DNA of 64,000 nt. Source: Candidatus Poribacteria bacterium (GTDB lineage: Bacteria > Poribacteria > WGA-4E > WGA-3G). The stretch lies in NCBI GenBank assembly GCA_964291315.2, contig OZ219750.1, positions 288,001 to 352,000 of the forward strand. Direction: 5' to 3'. This document shows, piece by piece, positions 53,096 to 62,476 of this stretch. A program made the position numbers and the translations under genes. Numbering within the stretch: the stretch's first letter is position 1; each line of letters begins with the position of its first letter. Under the pieces are notes generated by a model. It saw only the letters and a program-made list of their open reading frames with translations, made no database searches and was not told the DNA's origin.

Positions 53096-53180
53096 GGCTA
53101 AGCGTATGAGTTAGTTCTTGTTTTATATTGATGTTTTGAGGTTTTCAGAAGTCTGTGTTAGGTAAATTGACCTGTATTTT

Positions 53181-53951
53181 ATGAAGATTCAACTCCTTGC
53201 ACATCGGGGCGGTATGGGCCGCGCACCAGAAAATACACTTACCTCCTTTAAACAAGCATTAGCAGATGGTGCTGATGGTTACGAATGTGATGTATGTCTC
53301 ACCCAAGATGAAGAGCCCGTATTGATTCATGTCCACTTTAACAAAAACAATATTCGGAAGGTCACTGGGTGTCGAACGCCACTGAATCAGCTCACTTGGA
53401 AAGATGTACAGAAGCTAAAAGTAGAGGCTTCCGGCGAGCCTGTGGCACATCTTGACGATGCCCTTGAGTTTACAAGAGAAAACCGAATGCCGTGCTTTGT
53501 TGAACCAAAAGCGGATGCACCGGCATTGCTCCGTATTGTTATAGAACGGATCCGGCATTTCGAGGTACTTCATCTTGTCAGTTTACTCACTTTTTATATG
53601 AACAAGCAGCTGCTTGTGGATGCTAAAAGACTAGAGCCGAGGTTGCAAACGAGCGCGATTCTCATCAACCCTATGGCGAACTTCTCCAAGGCAGCCGATG
53701 CTATTAAGGCAGATCGTATCATTTTAGGTTGGAGCAAAATTAATCATTTTCAGATTTATAACACGCTGACCATGGGGGCTGTTAAACGTAAGGTCAAGAG
53801 GCTACGCGCAAGCGGGATTGCTGTGGAGGCTGGATTTATTCAAACGGCAAAGGACGTGGCTTGGGCGACCTCGCTCCATGAGTCTGGTGGCGTTGATGGT
53901 TTGTGGGTAGACGATGTGCCTTACATCAGACAACACCTCCAGAAAATTTAG
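53181..53951 (+). CDS. Glycerophosphodiester phosphodiesterase family protein
   Basis: AHRGG...PENTL, ECDV, IH, EPK. Confidence 0.88.
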   Translation: MKIQLLAHRGGMGRAPENTLTSFKQALADGADGYECDVCLTQDEEPVLIHVHFNKNNIRKVTGCRTPLNQLTWKDVQKLKVEASGEPVAHLDDALEFTRENRMPCFVEPKADAPALLRIVIERIRHFEVLHLVSLLTFYMNKQLLVDAKRLEPRLQTSAILINPMANFSKAADAIKADRIILGWSKINHFQIYNTLTMGAVKRKVKRLRASGIAVEAGFIQTAKDVAWATSLHESGGVDGLWVDDVPYIRQHLQKI

Positions 53952-53990
53952 CTTCGATCAAACTACTGCAGTTTCGGTGACCTTAGGAAT

Positions 53991-55256
53991 ATGAATATTA
54001 CTGTCTGCAATCCGTTGTTGAGAACCCCATTGTCCCTTATTGTTGACGATTCGTGTCCGGTAATCAACCTCACGTATTATTGGATACACCAGCGACACGC
54101 TTGGAAATCACGTCACCAGCCCGGCGTTCCACCAGAACGTTGGGAGGGCGCTGCTGCTCAACTGAAAAAGATACCCCCCTCAATCCCCGCTGATTTTGCT
54201 TATGAGTGGGCGGAATGGTGTTGGGAAAACGGTGTAAAAGGCAAATTTAGTCTCGTTCCATATCCTGCCGGGGTCGGACGTGTCGATGAAGGGTTCCCCG
54301 ATTTCCCAGCATACGAGTATCAGGCATGGCTGCGGATTTACCGAGAGATCATCTGGCCAAACTTCGATTTAACGCCGGAGATGCTTACCCATACTGCTGT
54401 CGTTGATCTGGATACATTCACGCTCACCGATGCGTGGGAACAGGTGGAATGGGTAGATCCGCCGGTTGATAACAGACTGACGGACTACATCATCACAGCG
54501 ATGGAAATGCTTGATAATGTCGGTATTCCTTGTGAGGGCGTAACGAGTCCCGGGGCGTTCGGAAAACGCCAAGAGGCTGCGTATGCGAAAGCTGTGCTAA
54601 CTGCTTCACAACACGTCAATAATAACCCGCGTCCGTTCTATTTTCTCTGGCTCAAACATGATGAACTTCCGGATATCCCTATCTGGTATGCTGAAAAAGA
54701 GAAAGGCATCGCTATTGCTAGTGTTGTTTCGTGTGCGGGCGACTGGTTCGGCGGTTGGACGGGCTACGATTTGGGCGATGCTGACCGATTCATTACCGAA
54801 GACGGACAAGGCGGCCGGCTGCCACCGATCCTCGAAAAGGAACTTCCGTGTGTCCTTGTCGGACACTGGCCAGGGTTCTATTTCAACGGTGAAAAAAGTG
54901 GATTTGAGGTGCTGAAGACCGTTAAAGCACGACTCGATAATTATGATCCGGACAGCACCAAAACAATCTGGATGAAACCCTCGGAGATCGCTCACTATTG
55001 GATGGCACGCCAACTCACTGATATTAAGACGCTTGAGCCTCCAACGCGGATTGACCTCTCCACGCAATTCCCGACAGAAAATTTCACACTGGCTATCGAG
55101 GCACGCCTCCGACATATCCGAATCAACGGTTGGGACCTGCGCCAAGTATATGCTCTACGTGACTTTCAGAAAGATACTTTTCTGCATGACGGGCAGCAGA
55201 CATTCGTCGCCTTTGACTTGGAAGTCGGGGATACGATTCTTGAGTTGATACTATAG
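53991..55256 (+). CDS. Hypothetical protein, possibly polysaccharide-deacetylase-like barrel
   Basis: Long ORF; LIVDD, GKFSLVPYP, PEMLTH, GVTSPG, HW, WMKPSEIA. Confidence 0.6.
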   Translation: MNITVCNPLLRTPLSLIVDDSCPVINLTYYWIHQRHAWKSRHQPGVPPERWEGAAAQLKKIPPSIPADFAYEWAEWCWENGVKGKFSLVPYPAGVGRVDEGFPDFPAYEYQAWLRIYREIIWPNFDLTPEMLTHTAVVDLDTFTLTDAWEQVEWVDPPVDNRLTDYIITAMEMLDNVGIPCEGVTSPGAFGKRQEAAYAKAVLTASQHVNNNPRPFYFLWLKHDELPDIPIWYAEKEKGIAIASVVSCAGDWFGGWTGYDLGDADRFITEDGQGGRLPPILEKELPCVLVGHWPGFYFNGEKSGFEVLKTVKARLDNYDPDSTKTIWMKPSEIAHYWMARQLTDIKTLEPPTRIDLSTQFPTENFTLAIEARLRHIRINGWDLRQVYALRDFQKDTFLHDGQQTFVAFDLEVGDTILELIL

Positions 55257-55353
55257 CGGTCTTTGTATTCCTGTTTATAGGACGAGAGGCGTTTATTACC
55301 TGTTTGGTCTGCATATTGGCAACGGAGATCGGGATACTGGCTGCCGACAGCTC

Positions 55354-56103
55354 TTAGGGAATAAGGAGGCGTCCCCCGCTTGCGATCACCGTCGAGCCGG
55401 TCATATAACTCGACTCCTCGCTTAAGAGGAACACGATAACGTCGGCCATCTCTTGCGGTTCACCCAGTCTGCCCAGGGGCGTGGTGGACCGAAGCTGCTC
55501 CACCATTTCTGGCGACACCTCACTTAACATGTCCGTTGCAATTGCGCCCGGTGCCACCGAATTGATGCGGATGTTATGGCGTGCTAGCGGTCCGCAACAG
55601 GATTTCGTGAGAGAGATAATTCCGGCTTTCGCCGCTGCGTAAGGCAGTTGATCCGGGCGAACTGCCAAGGCAGCGATAGAGGAAACATTAACGATACGTC
55701 CAAACTGCTGTGCGATCATCCCGGGTTTAACTGCCCATAGCACATTGAAGGGCCCCGTCAGGTTAATCGCGATAATCCGATCCCAGTGTTCAGGGGTGAG
55801 CTCTTCAAACTCTATATCGCCCACATCCCCGGCATTGTTCACTAATACATCTATCTGTCCAAATTCTTGGGTCACTGTTGTGACCATCTTGTTCACGGCT
55901 TCTCTATCGGCAATATCTGCCTGCACCGGTAGTGTCTGTTGTCCGAGGTCTCGGATCTGCTCACAGACCTCTTCTGCTTTGGCAGCTGAGCGTGAGTAGT
56001 GGACAGCAACCGTCGCGCCTTCCGCTGCCAGTTTAAGTGCTGTCGCCTTTCCGATACCCCGACTTCCGCCGGTTACCAACGCGACCCTTCCCTGGAATTT
56101 CAT
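55354..56103 (-). CDS. FabG-like short-chain dehydrogenase/reductase
   Basis: TGGSRGIG, NNAG, YAAAK, TPLGRLG. Confidence 0.93.
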   Translation of the reverse strand: MKFQGRVALVTGGSRGIGKATALKLAAEGATVAVHYSRSAAKAEEVCEQIRDLGQQTLPVQADIADREAVNKMVTTVTQEFGQIDVLVNNAGDVGDIEFEELTPEHWDRIIAINLTGPFNVLWAVKPGMIAQQFGRIVNVSSIAALAVRPDQLPYAAAKAGIISLTKSCCGPLARHNIRINSVAPGAIATDMLSEVSPEMVEQLRSTTPLGRLGEPQEMADVIVFLLSEESSYMTGSTVIASGGRLLIP

Positions 56104-56394
56104 CGGCCCTCACCAACCCTCCGTATGATAACATTTTGATTTGCGTTCTTTAAATATACCGCAAGCGCCAACGCAAGTCAATATCTAAACATGTCAAACC
56201 GGGTATACAGTTTTTGATTGAGGTGTGCTTGCCAGAAGTGCCGCATTGTGGCATAACCTGTTGGGTTGTGCTTCTTCCTGATTCAGAGAGTCTGTTTCTA
56301 AACTATTACCCACCTCTTTGCCAATTTCTTAAAAAAAGCAAATTTTTTTTGCCTCGATGACCTTTTCTGTCATTTTCAAGGTCTTGTTGTATGA

Positions 56395-56952
56395 ATGGAC
56401 GCAAAAGACCTTGAAAACATCTCAGATAACGTTTTACTCGCCCGGATTCAAAACGGAGATGATGATGCACTTGTAGCCCTCATTGAAAAATATGAGCGGC
56501 TCCTCAAGACTATTATCTACTATGAAATCGGTAATCCCGAGGAAAAAGCGGATATTTATCAAGAGACCGTCCTCGCGATTGTGCGGCGGATCCGCAGGCA
56601 AGCAGAGGGAATTCGTTCTGTTAAACAGTGGGTAAAACAGATAGCGCGTAGTAAGTGCAAGGCATTCCTAGTAGATGCCAAGAAACGTGGCATCGTCAGG
56701 GACTGGGCTGAAGATTACTATGCCCTCAGGACTGATCAGCAGGAACAAAAGTCTGAAAACGTTGATCAAATTTTAGACGTGGTCGAGGAGATGGGTTCCA
56801 TTTATGTAGAGGTTGTTGAGTTGTGGGCGGACGGACTGACGGAGGCTGAATCAGCAGAAGTGCTGAATATTTCGCCAAACACCGTAAAGTCTCGGCGGAA
56901 CAAGATACGAAAGGTCGCCCGTGAACGTTTCGGTGTGTCGGTTTCCAAGTAA
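56395..56952 (+). CDS. ECF-type RNA polymerase sigma factor
   Basis: GDDDALVAL, DIYQET, W...IAR region 2; GLTEAESAEVLNISPNTVKSR region 4 HTH. Confidence 0.9.
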   Translation: MDAKDLENISDNVLLARIQNGDDDALVALIEKYERLLKTIIYYEIGNPEEKADIYQETVLAIVRRIRRQAEGIRSVKQWVKQIARSKCKAFLVDAKKRGIVRDWAEDYYALRTDQQEQKSENVDQILDVVEEMGSIYVEVVELWADGLTEAESAEVLNISPNTVKSRRNKIRKVARERFGVSVSK

Positions 56953-56954
56953 TT

Positions 56955-57133
56955 TGGTTGTACCGTGACTCAACTGAATAAACATTGACTAGATTTTAAG
57001 ATTGACAATTTTTCTATAAGGTGTTAACCTAATTGGCAACCTCGCTTTTTTATTTCTGATTAGGTTGGCATCCTATTTTACATAGGTGTGAGCTTTTTCG
57101 GTTCGCCCCTTATATCACAATAAGCGGATTGCT
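56955..57133 (+). promoter_or_regulatory. Duplicated promoter plus structured 5' leader, copy A
   Basis: TTGACA(57002)-N17-TAACCT with extended TG; 42-nt block 57092-57133 identical to 62329-62370. Confidence 0.75.
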
Positions 57134-57206
57134 AGCGAAGGCAAAATTTTCCTTTTTACCATCTGATAGCAATTCCTTTAAAGATAAAATGTTAGGAGAC
57201 CTTCCA

Positions 57207-57590
57207 ATGATCAGAAGAAAAAGAAACATTCTTGTATCGCATCTTCTATTGCTTGTTTTGTTCAGCACCCCTTTTCTAATGATTTGCTCGATACAAGAGG
57301 CGGATGCTTGGTTCATGCACCAGACCAATTGTAGGTCGGAATTCGAAATCGGGGCTTCTGCCGGTGCTGAAATCGATAAATTTGGGCCTAAGGCCAAAGC
57401 TGAAGCCAAAGTGAGTTTTAAGGTTGTGTGTGATACGGAGTTTCACTGGAGTCCCTTCCCACACGGCGACGATGATGATGACTCCTCTTCCGGAAGTTGC
57501 GACGATGACTCCTCCGGGAATTACAGCACGTCTCCGTGGTGCCTTAGATGCAGCGGTTCGATACACGTGGGACGATGTCCGGAGTTTTAG
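57207..57590 (+). CDS. Small secreted Cys-rich, Asp/Ser-rich protein (127 aa)
   Basis: AGGAG RBS; signal peptide ending EADA; six Cys in the mature part; DDDDDSSSGSC/DDDSSG repeat; C-x2-C-x4-H-x3-C tail. Confidence 0.75.
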   Translation: MIRRKRNILVSHLLLLVLFSTPFLMICSIQEADAWFMHQTNCRSEFEIGASAGAEIDKFGPKAKAEAKVSFKVVCDTEFHWSPFPHGDDDDDSSSGSCDDDSSGNYSTSPWCLRCSGSIHVGRCPEF

Positions 57591-57670
57591 TATTCCTCCA
57601 AAGGAGATTGGTGTATATACTGTGAGGAGGAACATTGGAGCTGTAATTTCGGTACCGGTTTGGTAACGCC

Positions 57671-57692
57671 GGTGAAATGGATTCACCTTTTT
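57671..57692 (+). terminator. Intrinsic terminator after the small secreted protein, followed by a second hairpin at 57697-57731
   Basis: GGTGAA-ATGGA-TTCACC-TTTTT; then CTCGGAGCGTT...AACGTTCCGAG. Confidence 0.6.
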
Positions 57693-57780
57693 CAGCCTCG
57701 GAGCGTTTCCTTGAAACAGGAACGTTCCGAGATCACAACGACAACAGTATGTTAGCGTTTTTTATTTTTTATCTGAGTTT

Positions 57781-57915
57781 ATGAGCGAGATAGATCTGTT
57801 CCTACAGAGATTAGATGACCTTCTCATCTTCCTCTCCATTGTCTTTGGAGGGTTTATCATAGGTTTTTTCCTCCTCGTGTGGCTGGTTTTATGGTTCTAT
57901 AAGAAACGTAGGTAA
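57781..57915 (+). CDS. 44-aa single-TM small protein (below the ORF-track cut-off)
   Basis: MSEIDLFLQRLDDLLIFLSIVFGGFIIGFFLLVWLVLWFYKKRR; hydrophobic stretch plus basic tail; weak RBS. Confidence 0.5.
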   Translation: MSEIDLFLQRLDDLLIFLSIVFGGFIIGFFLLVWLVLWFYKKRR

Positions 57916-58008
57916 AACGTCTATGCGGGAAATCGCAATATTTTGACAGAAAAGGAGGAAGACTGTCTTTGGTTGAGTCAATTCAATATGGACAGTCCCA
58001 AAATGTAA

Positions 58009-58860
58009 ATGAGATTTCTAAATGTGTGTCTATTCATTTTTATGCTTTGTGGTATTGGTCTCTATGCGGTTCACCCGCATGCAGATCATTCTGCTACATC
58101 TGGTGATCATACCGTGCTCTATAAAGGTTCCTCCGCCCCTTGGCAAACAGAGCTGCAAGCGTTTCAGAAACTTCTGAAGACGGACGCTTCCGCTGCGAGG
58201 GCCGAACTTCATGCCTTTGCTGAAAGAATCTTTGGAGACCATGCACTCGTTGAAGAATGGGTGCCCCTCTACTTCCGGATCCGAAAAGACGGTACCACCC
58301 ATCTTTCTGATCTCAAGCGTGTCTCGGAACTCGAAATTCGCATGCTGGAGCGTATTGATCCGGAAAAATATGCCGAGCAGATACAGCATCACCAAAAAAA
58401 GATCAAACGTTCGAGTGTTTCTCGTCAGAAGGGAAACGAGTCTGCTCCAACGGGAGCCCTCAAAGGCCAATGGAGTTCTCCTACCCTGACGGCATTTGAA
58501 AGTGGCGGTGAATTTTTCATCAACTTTGTTAACTTGTTGACTACGGACCTGAAAGCCGCGCGCGCCGAACTCAACAAGTATGCGTCTCAGCGATATGGAG
58601 ACCATCCGCACAAGGCAGAATGGACTGAACTTGTCTTTCGCAACTTCCGCGACAAAAAATCCAAGATTTTGGACTTGATGCGGCTGTATGAGTTGGAAAA
58701 GCAGATGCTGACAGACATTGACCCTGAAAAGCATGCCGATGGAATAAAAAATCTTGAGCGAATCATTAAAATCCACGAACGTCTGCAAAGAAATTTTGAA
58801 CGTCAAGGGACACCTAACCCAACCATCGGTGTTGAGTTTAATCTAACAACAGAAGATTGA
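58009..58860 (+). CDS. Exported hypothetical protein with two helical repeat domains
   Basis: Signal peptide; LLKTDASAARAEL and LLTTDLKAARAEL repeats; paralog of 7806-8648. Confidence 0.78.
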   Translation: MRFLNVCLFIFMLCGIGLYAVHPHADHSATSGDHTVLYKGSSAPWQTELQAFQKLLKTDASAARAELHAFAERIFGDHALVEEWVPLYFRIRKDGTTHLSDLKRVSELEIRMLERIDPEKYAEQIQHHQKKIKRSSVSRQKGNESAPTGALKGQWSSPTLTAFESGGEFFINFVNLLTTDLKAARAELNKYASQRYGDHPHKAEWTELVFRNFRDKKSKILDLMRLYELEKQMLTDIDPEKHADGIKNLERIIKIHERLQRNFERQGTPNPTIGVEFNLTTED

Positions 58861-58877
58861 GAAAAAAGGAGTCAGAG

Positions 58878-59612
58878 ATGAAATCTATGACCACACTCTT
58901 CCGCGTCGGTAGTGTGATAGTGCTTATTTGCATAGGGGTTTGGCTTTACGTCGAGTGGGATCTGAAACGGTTTAGGGAATCGCTACCCTCCTCGTCTCAG
59001 AGAACTGACGAACGCTCGCTTGAACACTTCGCACCCGCCGTCTCCGAAGGAGAACGGAATGGAACAGGAGCCGCTTCATCCGCCGAACTTGACACAGCGC
59101 CTATAGACCGAGACACCGGGGTACTTGAAAGCGAAAGCCGCGTTGCTAGCACTGAGACAGATGTGCTTTTTGATACAGATCCACAATTCAGAGAAGCCCT
59201 TCTTCCCGATGCGGACCTCCCGGAGGTGTCCAATGGAGATGGACCCCGTGAGGCCCCGTACGACTTGATGTTCGTCAAGGCGGGATATGCAGATTACAAC
59301 GCCTATCTGAATACTGATCCCGAATATGCTTACCGAAGGCTTGACGATGCGTTCCGCGAACAATTCGGTGATTCCCCCGATGTTGACATTCTGCTTGAAA
59401 GCGTTCGCCGCTACAATGAAGGCCCCGTGCCAATAGACACGGCAATTCGGTTCGCGGAGGCACAGTTACGACTTCTCTCCAAGTTCGGGTATCCTGAACC
59501 TATAGCAGTACTCCAAGATCACATTGAGATGCTTCGAGAAACGCGGCAATACGGCTTGGAATCTGGGGAGGAAGTTCTCTATCAGAATAACTACCGCTTT
59601 GTATCGGAGTGA
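58878..59612 (+). CDS. Membrane-anchored hypothetical protein with acidic linker and a divergent copy of the helical domain
   Basis: AGGAG RBS; N-terminal TM; YLNTDPEYAYRRLDDAFREQFGDSP. Confidence 0.72.
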   Translation: MKSMTTLFRVGSVIVLICIGVWLYVEWDLKRFRESLPSSSQRTDERSLEHFAPAVSEGERNGTGAASSAELDTAPIDRDTGVLESESRVASTETDVLFDTDPQFREALLPDADLPEVSNGDGPREAPYDLMFVKAGYADYNAYLNTDPEYAYRRLDDAFREQFGDSPDVDILLESVRRYNEGPVPIDTAIRFAEAQLRLLSKFGYPEPIAVLQDHIEMLRETRQYGLESGEEVLYQNNYRFVSE

Positions 59613-59615
59613 CGG

Positions 59616-59975
59616 ATGAAACGTTTGTTTGTTTTTTTGAGTTTAGTGCTTTGCGTGGCGGGTGTCGTTTTTTACTTACCGCTGCGTGACTCTGCTCCCT
59701 CAAAAATTGCACCCCTGTCAAATCAAGATAAGAGAGACATCCTCGAAAATCAGACGACACCTTCCCAGGAAAAGGAATGTGCGTGCTGCCAATCCACATT
59801 AGAGAAGATAAAACGTAAGCGGCAGGCACTAGAAATGTGGGCTCGGGAGAGGATCAACATGTATGGGTACGAAGAAGGAATGAAGCGCATCTCGGAGAAA
59901 TCGGCTACATTGGCAAAACGGATGCAAACCCTCCTTGAAAAAGAAAAAGATGCTAACGGATTCCCCGCTCCGTAG
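59616..59975 (+). CDS. Small membrane-anchored protein with a CACC motif
   Basis: N-terminal TM; KECACCQ followed by a helical region. Confidence 0.68.
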   Translation: MKRLFVFLSLVLCVAGVVFYLPLRDSAPSKIAPLSNQDKRDILENQTTPSQEKECACCQSTLEKIKRKRQALEMWARERINMYGYEEGMKRISEKSATLAKRMQTLLEKEKDANGFPAP

Positions 59976-62022
59976 AGAAAAAACGTCCCTGTTTAGGGGC
60001 ACATTTTTTTTCATGAGCGCATGGGTGTTGATCTTTGCTGTTCTAATGCTCGCCTTCTGGATCCGTATCCAAGGCGTAGCGCAGCTACCGGAGGGTCAAT
60101 TCACCGAGACCGATGCCTATTTCTACTACTGGCAGGCAGAGCTTATTTCAGAACACGGGCACCTCCCTGCCCGCGATATGCACCGCTGGCTGCCCGTCGG
60201 TAGAGATTTAGGGCAGACGCTGAATCTCTACGGTTACGTCCTTGCTTATGCTCATAAAGCTGTTGCAGCGGTTTTTTCGAAGGTCACGCTCTACCATGTG
60301 ACTGTGTATTTGCCAGTTATCTGCTTTTGCGTCGGGCTCGCGGGGCTCTGTCTTTTTCTTTACCACATCTACGGTCCCCTCTTTTCGAGTGTCGTTGGTG
60401 TGCTTTTGGCAACGCTACCTGGCAGTATAGAACGCAGTGCTGCCGGTTTCGGGGACCGGGACGCTTTTTGTCTGATGCTCGGCCTCCTTGCTGTCCTTTC
60501 ATATCTTGCCGCGCGACACGCCGAAACGCGACGCAGTCGCCTGATTTGGACCCTTACCAGCGGATGTTTTGTCTTTTTAGGCGGCATCAGTTGGGAAGGG
60601 TTCGGTGTCTTTACCAGCATCATAATTCTCGTTGAGATATGGCGTTTTCTCACATCCGAAAGAGAAGAAGAGTTCGGTCTGTACGCCCTATGGGTGCTCC
60701 TCTTCGTTCCAACCCTGTACCTTGTCTCTCCAGCCTATCGGAACGGATATGGTTTCGCAGAACACCTCTTTGCGTTTGTGCTTGTGCCTCCGGTTGTGCT
60801 TCTGGGTCTCCGCGCACTCCGAAAACAGCTGCTTGTCAGATCGGAAAAACTCCGATCACATGCCCCGACTTTGTCCCTCGTTTTGATACTTGCTAGTCTT
60901 GCAATTACACTCGTCTATGTTTGGGGTCAATTGGACACCTTCGCCGATACCACTGTCCCGCTGAGTAAGAAACCTGTCATGCAGGCGATGACAGAACTCC
61001 GGGCACCGCATGCCCGTTATTGGACTGCTCGTTATGGCTGCGTGTTTATTGTAGGAAGTCTCGGCTTTGTCCTTATACCATTTTCGCTCTGGAAAAAGCG
61101 GGGTCTCTTCTTGTCTATACCGCTAGCACTCTTTACGGCTACTTCCTTCTACCGTGCCTCGTTGGAGAACGTGTGGGGGGAATCTTTTGGGAATGCCCTC
61201 TTCGGTAGTGCTATTGTGGTATGTCTACTCATACTTATGTTTTTCCCGTGGCAGCGAAAAAACAGTGAAGGCCCGTCAGAACTTGTTTCTATTGCCTTCA
61301 CAGTGTGGTTTATTGCTTGGGTCGCGCTTTCCCGCGATGCAAAACGTTATGACTTCTTTATCGGGGTTGCCCTTGCCTTCGGAGCAGCAACGTTCATAGG
61401 AACGTTTTCAAAAATCGTTCTCAATAAAATCAGAGTGCGAACGAAGTATCCACACTCTCTGCGTTACCTAAGAGGCAGCATCACAGCTTTGTTACTCATC
61501 GTTGTTATGTTCTTTCCTTCGCCTTTCGGGCATGCCAATCGGTCAATATATGCAGCAACTCGGATGCGAAAGGCTCTCCCTGGCAGGACAGTGATTGCAG
61601 AAGCCTTCCGTTGGATGAACTCAAATCTGCCGCGTGATGCTATTGTCGCAGCAGATTGGCGTTACGGCAGCCAACTCAACGTACTCGCCGGTGTCAAAAC
61701 TATTATAGATCAAGACACCTACATACAAGACTGGATACATCTTTACCATAAACATGTTGTCTATTCGAGGACCCAACGCGAGGCTTTGGAATTCTTGAAA
61801 ACCCACGGAGCAACACATCTGATGTTAGTCGGACAACATCCTGCGAAGCATTTCCTCAGGGGGCACCCCGGCGATGCGTTCGTTCCAGTCTATCCAAGAA
61901 ACAACTTTTCTGGTGCAACACTAAACCTCTGGGAGCTCCACTATCCCCCGGACATCCAAACCGATCCGAAATACCTGAAAACCGGTTTCCAAGAGATAGA
62001 TGCAGCATTACAACGACACTGA
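59950..62022 (+). CDS. STT3/AglB/PglB-like oligosaccharyltransferase (GT-C) with atypical DWRYG motif
   Basis: FTETDAYFYY, RWLPVGR, PGSIERSAAGFGDRD, SWEGF, AMTELRAP, KRY, EAFRWMNSNLP.DAIVAADWRYGSQL...TIID in the STT3 order; many TMs; start uncertain (59935/59950/60013). Confidence 0.82.
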   Translation: MLTDSPLRREKTSLFRGTFFFMSAWVLIFAVLMLAFWIRIQGVAQLPEGQFTETDAYFYYWQAELISEHGHLPARDMHRWLPVGRDLGQTLNLYGYVLAYAHKAVAAVFSKVTLYHVTVYLPVICFCVGLAGLCLFLYHIYGPLFSSVVGVLLATLPGSIERSAAGFGDRDAFCLMLGLLAVLSYLAARHAETRRSRLIWTLTSGCFVFLGGISWEGFGVFTSIIILVEIWRFLTSEREEEFGLYALWVLLFVPTLYLVSPAYRNGYGFAEHLFAFVLVPPVVLLGLRALRKQLLVRSEKLRSHAPTLSLVLILASLAITLVYVWGQLDTFADTTVPLSKKPVMQAMTELRAPHARYWTARYGCVFIVGSLGFVLIPFSLWKKRGLFLSIPLALFTATSFYRASLENVWGESFGNALFGSAIVVCLLILMFFPWQRKNSEGPSELVSIAFTVWFIAWVALSRDAKRYDFFIGVALAFGAATFIGTFSKIVLNKIRVRTKYPHSLRYLRGSITALLLIVVMFFPSPFGHANRSIYAATRMRKALPGRTVIAEAFRWMNSNLPRDAIVAADWRYGSQLNVLAGVKTIIDQDTYIQDWIHLYHKHVVYSRTQREALEFLKTHGATHLMLVGQHPAKHFLRGHPGDAFVPVYPRNNFSGATLNLWELHYPPDIQTDPKYLKTGFQEIDAALQRH

Positions 62023-62195
62023 GCAGGCGGCAAACATCATATCAGAGCCATTCAATTGTTGATACTGGTTTTTTGAATGATGTTGAGGGGGTTCCCTGGA
62101 TGTGCGCAAGCAAATCGTCATAAATTTTTGCGATGTGCGTATGGTCAGAGCCGCAGGAGCGTGAGGGTGGTATTGCGTAAAGCTGCCGTCACTTG

Positions 62196-62370
62196 TGGTT
62201 GTACTGCGCCTCAGCGAAATAAACATTGATTAGATTTTAAGATTGACAATTTTTCTATAAGGTGTTAACCTGATTCGCAACCCTCTTTGTGACGTTTTTA
62301 GGTTGGCATCCTATCTTACTATTTGCGGGCTTTTTCGGTTCGCCCCTTATATCACAATAAGCGGATTGCT
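62196..62370 (+). promoter_or_regulatory. Duplicated promoter plus structured 5' leader, copy B
   Basis: TTGACA(62243)-N17-TAACCT; same hairpins as copy A. Confidence 0.75.
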
Positions 62371-62476
62371 TGTCTCTCCTTTGGATTTTCCAATTTTCCA
62401 TCAGTGTAAACTGTCACTATAAGTTGAATCCGATTCGACACAAACGTGTGTCGAAAGGGATAAAGGAGCATATCTA

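Noticed and set aside
57030-57110. c-di-GMP-I riboswitch on the minus strand of the duplicated leader
   Set aside because: Only fragments resemble it (GGATGCCAACC, GGTTGCC); the candidate P2 hairpin is not kept in copy B, and the promoter and G-U pairs favour the plus strand.
58030-58806. 258-aa minus-strand ORF (also 387-1031, 16761-17399, 54606-55145 and other short overlapping ORFs)
   Set aside because: Antisense or alternate-frame shadows of well-supported genes, with no motifs or RBS.
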